Shown here: piece after piece, positions 9,101 through 14,873 of the stretch
How positions within the stretch are numbered: position 1 is the stretch's first letter
Layout of the letters: every line of letters starts with the position of its first letter
Virus record (IMG/VR): IMGVR_UViG_3300018056_000002
Coordinates: 1-44,790 of that record
DNA: 44,790 nucleotides
Reading direction: 5' to 3' (one strand)
Source of the DNA: a virus
Position numbers and translations under genes: made by a program
Notes under the pieces: model-generated
What the model saw: the letters and a program-made list of their open reading frames with translations, nothing else
What the model was told of the DNA's origin: nothing
Databases searched by the model: none

Positions 9101-9530
9101 CGGCGACGCCGGCTGACAGCGCGCCCGCGATGTTCCGGCCGATGCCGAGCGTGCGCTCGAGCGCGGACAGCGGCGTGTGATCGTCCTGCGCGACGGCAGC
9201 ATTCGACGGATTCGCGGCGAGCCATTCGCGGAGCCGCGGCGCCTCCTCGCCGACGCGCGACGCATCCTCGACCGTCGCGCGTTGCTTGAACGCCGTGAAG
9301 TTCTTCTCGACGATCGAGGGCGCCATCCCGAACCGATCGGCCAGCCGCCGCGCTTCGGCCGCCTGGTCCGGCGACTGCTGCCCGGCCTGCAGGACCGTCG
9401 TCCGCAGACGTGCGTCCTGCTCGGTCCGATGCTCACTGACGATGTCGTCGTAGGGGTTCGCGGCGGGCGTGGCGGTGGCCGGCTCGTCGGCGAGCTGCTC
9501 GACCGCGTCGTCGTAGGGGTTGAGCGCCAC
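1..9530 (-). CDS. Giant polyvalent virion/ejection protein, N-terminal 3,176 codons (runs off window start, continues at 44667->44466; 3,243 aa in total)
   Basis: The minus frame with codon first bases at coordinates equal to 2 mod 3 has no stop from about 9554 to 1. The ORF track lists no ORF in that frame here, as expected for an ORF with no stop inside the window. GTG start at 9530 overlaps the TAG of the upstream gene by 1 nt and is preceded by GGAAGGG. My translation reads VALNPYDDAVEQLADEP...; YDYRGYW...HPTFSVES (aa 208-247); GGDEF domain (aa about 711-837); FYSRLTRAVEE...; RVLFLEEVQPPHEDEQKK...WTTGEQQAARYSL; IGGEGLKRLYDVDF; FLHESGHFFLEVL (aa 1965-1969 HExxH); HEQFARGFEAYLMEGKAPS. These motifs are typical of large polyvalent proteins of phages and conjugative elements. 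The position, after the internal virion proteins, matches the T7 gp16 slot. Confidence 0.85.
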   Translation of the reverse strand, partial: MALNPYDDAVEQLADEPATATPAANPYDDIVSEHRTEQDARLRTTVLQAGQQSPDQAAEARRLADRFGMAPSIVEKNFTAFKQRATVEDASRVGEEAPRLREWLAANPSNAAVAQDDHTPLSALERTLGIGRNIAGALSAGVAGFSAGAWGAIQAGAESVSALDELQAGVVGTGAKEVTTLAPQDEQAFRAWVTANKITDVDAPQSKYDYRGYWKDIASAGGDQRKTYEDGPHFPDTYKQHGHPTFSVESKYSTGANDGGRWDGETFIPPTPVSARVAEFARGSAAVAKYLADKARGEQHGAGFVERSIYGGVESVGQMAPGLALSLLTGGSAAPMLGVAGVTTGGQAYAQAREQGVGVEKSLAFGGFQGAVEVATEYIPATKLLGGLAAKTPFLKLLIGQIVPEIATEEVATVLQNLGEWAALPSNKEKTLGDYAREQPSAMVATAISTLVAVGATTSAAHATAHVLEKLGEAASESKTLQRSPEAVQDLVAQAVKGGPLEHVYAPVGPFATYWQGQGVDPAAMAAELTGDPASYQTAVATGQDLAIPTARYVAKVAGTDHHAFFVNELRAGPDEMNVREATAYEANLAGEAIATPEPEPAAPVRVAVLAQLEAAGVPRATAESYATLYESTFGTLAARAGLDPLALYERYGLTIARPDVQAAAVADAAVAAQPAAPAAPSAAMPAQAAEAPARGSEAHVQQLETELRDAKRTADIEPLTGLANRAAFERAQATAEADPETAFVTFDVNNFKALNDEVGHVAGDTALKDIAAVIKQAATEFGFGERVFRTGGDEFAVLAGVRVAEQIRNRVEALVGTRTTDGVSVSVSGTIGPDYNTADVQLKNRKEARKRSPKWAPTELVVDRTPATPQTGAASDATDSPETRQGLSDRPAEQPDAEAGGLVEAGRADDRADPGRLPTPGLPDVDEVFERHSLEANRARLTPEVHRELARILDEMESFPFVSKSWNWIEEGGPKTGNAAGGSADITGGAAGAPVYDDVLAWSPVNLQRGKQAGKPAKQARGTRAAVLTAIRGVMATTDVANNLQEGVLRVAEQRAAGDFSLLSKVSLPHRDATVAPEAFIEALSEGFDDAVDQGEGDASFDVTEFDQALKPRRVSQADQLLAYEASIGREPERGPGMASQLAATLADVRAKLATWRTQRIKALERIVSDAPDEAIEAARATLSKIDEHIADLSGRERWLAAQVDKADTLDTGEQQPRLPGDVGAVRETDVATPAMEAPFSLTSETAKAKVKQTTLFQVLQPTAAASTAPTFYSRLTRAVEESKQAKASGAQWKATIRNAKIGINKDEFALASVGDLEDGRSYTRQEVLEYLQANAVTVEDVTLEDDAGPDKDAVHVRATELYDAEVDAEVDRLEEQGTHYDYGRIAIHFDEDEQQYEASVDGDDLGEWYDTEDEAQAAADAAVEDRREAFEDKRRELLLEDARSAANWGEALAQAEREMDGTDQTRYSRYVLPGGDPGSYREVFLTVPPVDPTAGPPPTITVDQVFEPTGSNMIPYTVSVNGKPWLENDKPRKLYVGAAEADTVKVPHALEQWTAHHQSRRHLSTWEDGHEEYSNIENPIVRIRLNTRTTVDGQRVLFLEEVQPPHEDEQKKMPALFTKNWRELGFKWALRHAAEQGLDAVAWTTGEQQAARYSLEKQVDEIRYTKRADGTYNLTVWKDGRSLDQAERMGATLKELEALVGKEIVNRIEQSEGDRKESDVMARLRARGDAVGAVPVEFEAGAGGRGDTGHYVEVPLSEHTPESRSWSQWGIRYQDGTLMGTYGSQEDAAGEMVRQNADLKSEPQRSLAGENLKIGGEGLKRLYDVDFKNVVNGLPAVKRNGGKVATVDLRTGDVAPYDLTEVGGGRWRLVDRRTNLFIDAAPVFASGSAAEAWIAEHAAAVTVPAVALTPELRTAVLGGQALFQQPNAAAADTPERRGSIAFGDDRQFAINLFARADLSTFLHESGHFFLEVLQDLAPTSPPIAGDLTTLRAWLFPEGDTGQAIDVAQHEQFARGFEAYLMEGKAPSVELRSAFANFRAWLIGVYKSLRSLKVDLSPEVRGVFDRLIATDQAIADAEQAGSVQPMFTTAAAAGMSEQTFSRYAAKVQDASRLARETLERKLLAEVQRAQTAAWKAARATIEAAVAADVHQQPVYRALAAMQRGTNPDGSPLTEGAAPEPLKLSRAILVAEFGEARLKALPKPYLYTVTGGFHPALVAEMFGFSSADELLTAITAAPAMRGVIQQETDRRMLAEHGSLLLDGTLHAKAQAAVANDGREEVIREEMAALGALKRQTARASAAAVDEPERAYERRWLEAEAKLRIAIAEGRKQVEVDELRDQVRHLKQQTRGAAARIQAALPPATVLRAFARDRIAKTKIQAVKPALYWSASRRAAQTAIDSAARQDVDGAIAAKQQELMNLALYREAARVMEDVAARVARAQALGKGPARQQLGLAGAGYLDQADGILDRYEFATVAPKVLARRAAIRKWIAELEGEGLPVDDLPEVVLNDARRINYQEVTVEELVGITDGLAQIVHLARLKNKLLKAADAREFAVVRDGLVTSIREHTTARAMPLEFRPADEKYRKVADWFASHTKIATLVHALDGHVDGGALWEAIIRPLNAAADAEATRKREAGTAYTAILAEHYPGRELATLNTKTFIPAIQGSLSKEGRLAVALNWGNQTSRDRLLADPSRKWSGSQVQAILDTLDARDWRFVQATWHYLNTFWPEIAAKQQRVTGLAPEKVEAIPVLTKFGEQRGGYYPLAYDGRLSARAGQHAAATEAKLAVSASYVRSTTRRGHVEARQQNVTLPVRLELGVVFQHLEQVIHDLTHHEMLIDVTRLLRDGQVSAALTETKGDLVRDQFTRLLQDVAIGSTQPAISTLDKAATFMRTGTQLSAMGYNLWTGAQQPLGLFNGMSRVGPTWVMKGMIRWLRDSASMESTAGWIASVSPMMRERVTTGTQDLSDVRKVLQQPGGWFDALVRTVSLDTLTQQTILDSYLWHIGLMQRVADIPTWLGQYEKSMASGEHEARAIALADQAVLDSQGGGQIKDLAQVQRGSPVARLFLTFYSYGNTIFNATAREAGATNFKSPASVATFLGHLSLLYVMPAVGAVALSRLFGKSDGDDLEEFVKDVGRDALSAALNTMVLVRELGGLVQEGTRGYAGPAGARTIEL
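3624..3638 (-). other. HExxH zincin-like metallopeptidase motif (HESGH) in the giant protein
   Basis: CAC GAG AGT GGA CAT on the minus strand, in the context ADLSTFLHESGHFFLEVLQDL, followed by HEQFARGFEAYLMEGKAPS. This module recurs in polyvalent proteins. Confidence 0.55.
6725..6901 (-). CDS. Embedded 58-aa ORF in an alternative frame inside the giant ORF
   Basis: ATG at 6901 is preceded by GGAG 9 nt upstream, with TAG stop at 6725-6727. Peptide: MPQIHLKPGKDFQIVLQNSLTLKRAGWSKQDALTTALILADYRPPDFPTSTKSSSDTP. Third-position G+C is 51/58 codons (88%) in this frame, against roughly 50% in the giant-ORF frame over the same bases. Confidence 0.5.
   Translation of the reverse strand: MPQIHLKPGKDFQIVLQNSLTLKRAGWSKQDALTTALILADYRPPDFPTSTKSSSDTP
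7020..7400 (-). other. GGDEF (diguanylate cyclase) domain within the giant protein
   Basis: Translation: DIEPLTGLANRAAFERAQ...AFVTFDVNNFKALNDEVGHVAGDTALKDIAAVIKQAATEFGFGERVFRTGGDEFAVLAG...VSVSGTIG...ADVQLKNRKEA. GGDEF is encoded at 7143-7157 (aa 792-796). All hallmark blocks are present: LTGLxNR, DxxxFKxxNDxxGHxxGD and RxGGDEF. There is no RxxD I-site five residues upstream. Confidence 0.8.
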
Positions 9531-11239
9531 TAGCCGCCCTTCCGGCCCTGACTCTTAAGCCAGATGGTCAGCACGGCCTCATCGGTCACCGTCTGCCCGT
9601 GGCGCTTGAGGGCGTCGGCGATCTGCGTCCGGTCCGTCGCCGGGACATCGGCCGCCGTCGCCGTCATGATCGAGCGCGTGGTGTCTGACGAGAACCAGCC
9701 GCCCTTATCGGTGATCTGATGCGCGAGCAGACGGTTGGCGATAGCCTCGACGTCGTCGTTCGTCGCTTTCTTTTTCGTGACGTCCTGCACGCGGCGGACT
9801 TCGGCGGCGACCAGGCCGCGGAACCGTGCGACCCGTTTCAGCCCTTCCGCGTCGGTGTCCTTGGGTTTGGGGTCGAGGCCCGCGAGGGTGAGCGCGTTGT
9901 CGATCACGCCGCTCTCGGTCCGGAAATCGTCGAGCTCCTTGTCCGCTTTCTTCGTGTCGCCCGCGCGCATCGCCCGCTGCAGGGTGTCGAGATGCTTGTA
10001 GTCGTTCTCGTCGAGTTTCCCCATCAACGGGCGGAGGTTGAGCGTGACGAAGTTCGCCGGTTCCTTTTCCGCCTGGTCGAGCATCGTGTAGTAGGCGACT
10101 TCGTCGGACTTGCGCGGCACGCCGCGCGCGAGGTCCTGCGAAAAGTTGGTGAGGCCCGGCAGATGCCGACCGAGTTTGACTTGCTCCGACGCCGTGAGGC
10201 TCGAGAGGTCGCCCCCGTTCTGTTTCAGCCGCGCGTAGACGGTATCGAGCAGGGACTCGTCGGCCTCCCGCTCACTCGCTTTCCGTTGCGCGTCGAGATG
10301 CTCGAGGCGCCGCTGCGCATCGTCCCGGACGTCGCCCTCGGCCTGCGCCTTCACCTTCGCGAGCTGCTCGGTCAGCGTGCCGCCTTCCGCGCTGATCGTG
10401 TCCGCGAGCTTCTGGCCGTCGGCCTTCGTCTGCCCGACCTTCAGCATGTCCGTGACGCGCGCGCGCGCTTTCGGGTCGGTAATCTCAGCGCCCTTCTCCT
10501 CAAAGTAGACGCGTGCCTCCATCGTCAACTTATCGTCAAGGAGTCGCTCGATCACCGCCGTGTGCGTCGCGCTCTGCATGTCGCCGACTTTCTTCGCGAC
10601 GACTTCCGGTGACCAGCCTTGCGGCTTGGCCGAGAGCTGGATCGCCGTGATGCCCTTGTGGAGCTCGACCCCGACCCGCCGCGGGTCGCTCGCATTCGCG
10701 ACGGCGGACTCGTAGGCGGTTTCGACGGTCGCCTGCACGACGCCGGCGTCATACTCTTGCTTCTCGCGGAACGTATGCCGGTAGAGGGTCCCGTTGAGGT
10801 TCTGCGCGTGCTGGGCTCGAATGCGTTTGGCTTGCGCGAGCTGCCGCGGGTTCATCCCCTGTTCATGGGCATCCGCGATTTGGTCAAACTCGCCGAGGAC
10901 CTGCTCGGGGAGGACCATCGCGTCCTTCCCTTTTACCGTCAGCGCGCCCGTCTCCGGATCGTAGACACGCTTATTGCCCCATTGGCCGAGCGCCGTGTCG
11001 TATTCCATCGCGGCGACGTCGTCGGCCCGCTTCCGTTCCTCCGCTTCCATCTCCGCGATCTGCCGGGTCGCGATGTGCGTGACGGTCGCGCCGAGCTCGC
11101 CGATGGCCTGCGCCTGGCGACCCTGCGCCTCGGCGAGGCCGGCGCCCATCGACGTGGCCGTCTCGGCCGCGGACTTGCGCACACCGGGGAGCGCCTCGGT
11201 GACGACCTTACGTTGACCGTAGCGACTGACCGTCGGCAT
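9530..11239 (-). CDS. Internal virion / ejection protein (569 aa, helical)
   Basis: ORF track. Natural composition with coiled-coil-like repeats. Lies between a small internal virion protein and the giant protein in a podovirus-type order. Confidence 0.6.
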   Translation of the reverse strand: MPTVSRYGQRKVVTEALPGVRKSAAETATSMGAGLAEAQGRQAQAIGELGATVTHIATRQIAEMEAEERKRADDVAAMEYDTALGQWGNKRVYDPETGALTVKGKDAMVLPEQVLGEFDQIADAHEQGMNPRQLAQAKRIRAQHAQNLNGTLYRHTFREKQEYDAGVVQATVETAYESAVANASDPRRVGVELHKGITAIQLSAKPQGWSPEVVAKKVGDMQSATHTAVIERLLDDKLTMEARVYFEEKGAEITDPKARARVTDMLKVGQTKADGQKLADTISAEGGTLTEQLAKVKAQAEGDVRDDAQRRLEHLDAQRKASEREADESLLDTVYARLKQNGGDLSSLTASEQVKLGRHLPGLTNFSQDLARGVPRKSDEVAYYTMLDQAEKEPANFVTLNLRPLMGKLDENDYKHLDTLQRAMRAGDTKKADKELDDFRTESGVIDNALTLAGLDPKPKDTDAEGLKRVARFRGLVAAEVRRVQDVTKKKATNDDVEAIANRLLAHQITDKGGWFSSDTTRSIMTATAADVPATDRTQIADALKRHGQTVTDEAVLTIWLKSQGRKGG

Positions 11240-11782
11240 CTACTTGTAACCGTATTTCGCGGAATAGAGATTGGCGCCTTGCGCCAGCAGATTGCTCGCG
11301 CCGAGGATATACGCGGCGTTCGCGTTCGCTTTGCCGGCCGCCTCGAGGTTGACGCCTTCCTTGCGCATGATCGCCGCGCGGCGCCGGGAGTCTTCCGCCT
11401 GCACTTTGTAGCCCCAGCTCTCGCGCGCCGCATTGGTCCGGATCGTGATCGCGTCGAGCTCGCCGAGGAAGGCGACGTCGGCCTGCACGTCGACCGCGCT
11501 GCCGTAACCGACGTCGATGTTGCCGGCGGCGAAGCCGGTGCGCTGCGCGCCGATCATCCCGCGCACGCCGGTCCGAAAGCGGGACTCCTCCTCCGCGCCG
11601 CGCGCGACGGCGTCCTCCGCCTGCACCTCGGCGACTTCGGCGTTGTAATCCGCAAGGCCGGCGGAACTATCGGCGGCGCCCTTCTGTGCCTGCCCGGCTT
11701 TTTTCGTGGCCGACCCCTGCTTGTACGCCCCGTAGGCGGACATCGCGAGGCCGGCGAGCGCGATCGCGGTCATCGCAGCCAC
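11240..11782 (-). CDS. Internal virion protein (180 aa)
   Basis: ORF track. N-terminal hydrophobic segment, then ...RTGVRGMIGAQRTGFAAGNIDVGYGSAVDVQADVAFLGELDAITIRTNAARESWGY, a pattern I associate with podovirus internal virion proteins. Confidence 0.55.
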   Translation of the reverse strand: MAAMTAIALAGLAMSAYGAYKQGSATKKAGQAQKGAADSSAGLADYNAEVAEVQAEDAVARGAEEESRFRTGVRGMIGAQRTGFAAGNIDVGYGSAVDVQADVAFLGELDAITIRTNAARESWGYKVQAEDSRRRAAIMRKEGVNLEAAGKANANAAYILGASNLLAQGANLYSAKYGYK

Positions 11783-11784
11783 GG

Positions 11785-12117
11785 CTAGCCCTTCTTTCCG
11801 TAGAGCGCGTCTTCGACCTTCTCGCGCGTCTTTTCCGGCTCGAGACAGAGGTCGGTGATCTGAAGTGACACGCTCTGACGCTTCTGTTTGTCCGGCCCCT
11901 GATTGCTCGAGACGCTCGTCACTTCGACGCGCGCGATGAGCATCTGCGCGGTGCCGACCTTCGGCAGCGTGTCGATCCCGAGCTTCTCGAGCGCGTCGTC
12001 GTCGAGACTCAGACTCAGGCCCCAGGGATAGATCGGGCCATCCTTCTCGACCATCGACGGCTCGGCCATCTTCGTCCGCGCCTCGGCGGTGATCTTCATG
12101 CTCACGAGCTCAGACAT
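11785..12117 (-). CDS. Hypothetical virion-module protein (110 aa)
   Basis: Internal ATG of ORF 11785..12177 (offset 20 codons), preceded by GAGGAGAG. MSELVSMKITAEARTKMAEPSMVEKDGPIYPWGLSLSLDDDALEKLG... Confidence 0.55.
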   Translation of the reverse strand: MSELVSMKITAEARTKMAEPSMVEKDGPIYPWGLSLSLDDDALEKLGIDTLPKVGTAQMLIARVEVTSVSSNQGPDKQKRQSVSLQITDLCLEPEKTREKVEDALYGKKG

Positions 12118-12289
12118 GGTCGCAACTCTCCTCGCCTTCGTCAGTGACCGGCGTATCAATTCCCAAGGACGCCGCAATGTGCATCATACCGAGTGCCTGC
12201 ACCACAGCATGAGCCCCGTATCTGTCAACGAGCGGACCGAGCAATTCGCCGCGGTCGCGTTCGCAACGGATCTCTTCGTCTAACGTCAT
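12110..12289 (-). CDS. Hypothetical protein (59 aa)
   Basis: The real-looking C-terminal part of the R-rich ORF 12110..13066. ATG at 12289 overlaps the TGA of the upstream 740-aa gene by 1 nt. MTLDEEIRCERDRGELLGPLVDRYGAHAVVQALG... Confidence 0.45.
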   Translation of the reverse strand: MTLDEEIRCERDRGELLGPLVDRYGAHAVVQALGMMHIAASLGIDTPVTDEGEESCDHV

Positions 12290-14511
12290 CAGCCTCCCGC
12301 TTCGACATTGGGAATCACGGCAAGCACCGTCAGCGGGAGCGGCTCCGTCTGCCGGATGACGATCCGCCCGTTGTCGTTGTAACGCGCCGTCAGCCGCATC
12401 TCGACGGGGCCGGTGTACTGATCGCTCGCCGCCTCGTAGGGCGGACGCACGTACTGCGTCAGATGCGCGGTGTCTGGCCCCGCCCAGAGCACCCGCGAGC
12501 TCGCGTCGAGGAGGATCGTCACGCTGCCGACCCGTTTCTTTTTGTCGCGAATGCTCGACCCTTGGACGTCGAGATCGAGCGTCTCGAAGTCCGCGAAGCG
12601 AATCGCGAGCCCCGCGTGGATCACGCTGTAACTCCCCGGCAGCGCCACGGGGAGCGTGCCCGCCGTGACCGTGAAGTTCGCGGCGTTGGCCGCGGCCGGG
12701 TCGCCGTTGAAGACCACCGCCCCGTCGCCGACGACCGCGACCACCTGGCCGTTCAGGTGCGCGAGGCCCGCGATGTTCGACACGGGCGCGCCGTTGTAGG
12801 TCAGGCCCGAGTCGACGAAGAACGCGTCGAGGTCGAAGGTCGCCGGCAGGAGGGTGCGCCGCTCCAGCCGTTCGATATACCGCTTGAACACGCCGCCGAT
12901 CGTGCGCCTGACGATCACGTAGAGCGCATCTTCCCCGACCTCCGGCACGACACAGACATGCTCGACGCGCCCGGCCGCGCCCGTGTCGTGCCGATGCCAG
13001 CCCCAGATCTCCTGTTCCCGGATATAGGTGAGGCCGAGCAGCGTCCCGTCCGAGCGGACCGCCCACACAATCGAGTGCGGCGTCTGCTGGTAGTCGATCT
13101 CGGTCAGCGTATAGCCGTCCATCAGATGCGCCGCGAAGAGCGAGAGGTCGCGCCCGGCGAGCCCTTCGACCTGTTGGTCGAATTGCAGATCGCGCAAGAT
13201 GGCGCCGCGGGCCTGCACATAAAGGATCGAGTTGCCGACAATGACCGGCGGCGCCTCATTCGCGCCGACATAGGTTTCCTGGTCGGCCGGGAGATAGCTC
13301 GGGGTCAGCGGCACCTTCGGTTCGCCGACCGTCCACTCGCCCGCGCCGGTCATGACGTTCAGAGTCTTCAGCGCGACCAGATGGCGGACTGGGTTGTGAT
13401 TGTTGCCCGCGATCCGAAAGTTCAGCGAGTCATCATCCTGCAGCGGAGAGCTGATCCCGAAGTTCGACGGGAAGCCCGTGCGCGAGGCCCAGACCGCGTC
13501 AGGCTCGTCGTTGGTGTAGGCGAAGAAGCGCCGCTGCTGATGGTAGGCGGCGACGTTCGGGTACGTGTCCGTGGCGGCAAAGAGCACGCGCGCAACGGGC
13601 GGCGTCAACGCGAAGTCCGGGTCGATCCCGGGGTCGTTGAACGTCGCGGCCCCGGTCGCCGTTCCAATGAAGCCGTACGTGCCGTTCCCCCACGGGTCGC
13701 CATAGACGTAGTATTCGACGGCGCCGGCGACGGGCGTCCACGTCAACACGTTCGGCGCGGCCGGCGTGGGCGTCGCGCACGCGCCGTTGATCGCCTGGTT
13801 GCTCGCGGCCGACTCTTCGTAGGTGTCCGCCATCGCCGCCGTCACGACATAGCCCATCGTCCGCGCGCCCGCGCCCCCTGGCACGAAGCCGAGGCCGCTC
13901 GGGGCGGTGACAGTGCTCGCCGTCGTGATCGCCCGCAGAATCCAGCGGGTCAAGGTGAGGAAGACAAGCTCGTAGGGCGCCTCATCCTTGTGCGTCAAGG
14001 TGATCGTGCGCCCGCTCTGCACCCAATGCATCAGATGCGTAAACGGCGTCGGCACTTCGTAGACGAGGCCGGTGAACGGATGCCAGGTCGGGGCGTCCGG
14101 CGGCGCGACGGCGACGTTGTCGACGATCGCGTAGTAGACGATCCCGGCGTCCTGCACGAGATCCCCCTGCACGAAATTGGTCGCGATGTCCCACGCGGCG
14201 ACGGTGCCCAGATCCACGGTGAGCGGTGCGCCGTTTATGAAAAAGCGCAGATACCCGACCCCTTCCTCGACGAGCACGCTCTCGCCGGCGATCTCCGACA
14301 CGTAGCGCCGGAGCTGCACGGTCGCGCTGGTCGTTTTGCACGCGCTGATAAACCGCAGCCCGGCGCGGTTCGCCACGCCGCCGTGCCGCTGCACGAGGAA
14401 GTTGCGACAGGTGCGCAGCGCCTGCTGATACTTCGCCGTGTCGGCGCGGGCCGCCAGCGCGGGCGCAATCTCGCCCGACGCGAACGACCGCTGCATGACG
14501 GACTCGCCCAT
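12289..14511 (-). CDS. Tail tubular protein B / nozzle-like protein (740 aa)
   Basis: N-terminus MQRSFASGEIAPALAARADTAKYQQALRTCRNFLVQRHGGVANRAG matches the conserved start of podovirus gp12-like (stabilisation/nozzle) proteins. Size and position also fit. The start may instead be the second Met at 14496. Confidence 0.65.
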   Translation of the reverse strand: MGESVMQRSFASGEIAPALAARADTAKYQQALRTCRNFLVQRHGGVANRAGLRFISACKTTSATVQLRRYVSEIAGESVLVEEGVGYLRFFINGAPLTVDLGTVAAWDIATNFVQGDLVQDAGIVYYAIVDNVAVAPPDAPTWHPFTGLVYEVPTPFTHLMHWVQSGRTITLTHKDEAPYELVFLTLTRWILRAITTASTVTAPSGLGFVPGGAGARTMGYVVTAAMADTYEESAASNQAINGACATPTPAAPNVLTWTPVAGAVEYYVYGDPWGNGTYGFIGTATGAATFNDPGIDPDFALTPPVARVLFAATDTYPNVAAYHQQRRFFAYTNDEPDAVWASRTGFPSNFGISSPLQDDDSLNFRIAGNNHNPVRHLVALKTLNVMTGAGEWTVGEPKVPLTPSYLPADQETYVGANEAPPVIVGNSILYVQARGAILRDLQFDQQVEGLAGRDLSLFAAHLMDGYTLTEIDYQQTPHSIVWAVRSDGTLLGLTYIREQEIWGWHRHDTGAAGRVEHVCVVPEVGEDALYVIVRRTIGGVFKRYIERLERRTLLPATFDLDAFFVDSGLTYNGAPVSNIAGLAHLNGQVVAVVGDGAVVFNGDPAAANAANFTVTAGTLPVALPGSYSVIHAGLAIRFADFETLDLDVQGSSIRDKKKRVGSVTILLDASSRVLWAGPDTAHLTQYVRPPYEAASDQYTGPVEMRLTARYNDNGRIVIRQTEPLPLTVLAVIPNVEAGG

Positions 14512-14691
14512 TTAGCGATACAGGTAGCGCGCGGTGAACCGATCCGCCAGCACATCGCCGCCGTGCTCAATCGTGAACGCCTGCCGCCGCAGCCAGGCCG
14601 CGATCGCCTTGCGGCCCTTCATCGTCATGTCTGGCACGCGGCGCACCGTGAGCACCGCGGCCGATTGCTCTTTTGTGGTCTTCGTACGCAT
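14512..14691 (-). CDS. Hypothetical protein (59 aa)
   Basis: C-terminal part of ORF 14512..15045. ATG at 14691 overlaps the upstream TGA by 1 nt. MRTKTTKEQSAAVLTVRRVPDMTMKGRKAIAAWLRRQAF... Confidence 0.45.
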   Translation of the reverse strand: MRTKTTKEQSAAVLTVRRVPDMTMKGRKAIAAWLRRQAFTIEHGGDVLADRFTARYLYR

Positions 14692-14873
14692 CAGACCCTC
14701 CTCAACTGCCGACCAAGCACCACGGCTCGCGTCCCGTCGGCGAAGCACACGAGCATCGACCCATTGCGCCCGCGTATACACTTCCCGTCCGGCCGCCGCA
14801 CAGCCTCGCACCGCTGGCCCTTGAACGCCTGGTCGGTCCAGCGATCGCCGCGATAGACGTACTGCTGCGCCAT
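14691..14873 (-). CDS. Hypothetical protein (60 aa)
   Basis: ORF track. MAQQYVYRGDRWTDQAFKGQRCEAVRRPDGKCIRGRNGSMLVCFADGTRAVVLGRQLRRV. Abuts the stop of the 1,222-aa gene. Confidence 0.5.
   Translation of the reverse strand: MAQQYVYRGDRWTDQAFKGQRCEAVRRPDGKCIRGRNGSMLVCFADGTRAVVLGRQLRRV

Noticed and set aside
9421-9530. Direct DNA repeat (gtcgtcgtaggggtt twice) at the 5' end of the giant gene as a regulatory element
   Set aside because: It simply encodes a repeated peptide, NPYDD(A/I)V, at the protein N-terminus. There is no evidence for a separate DNA-level function.
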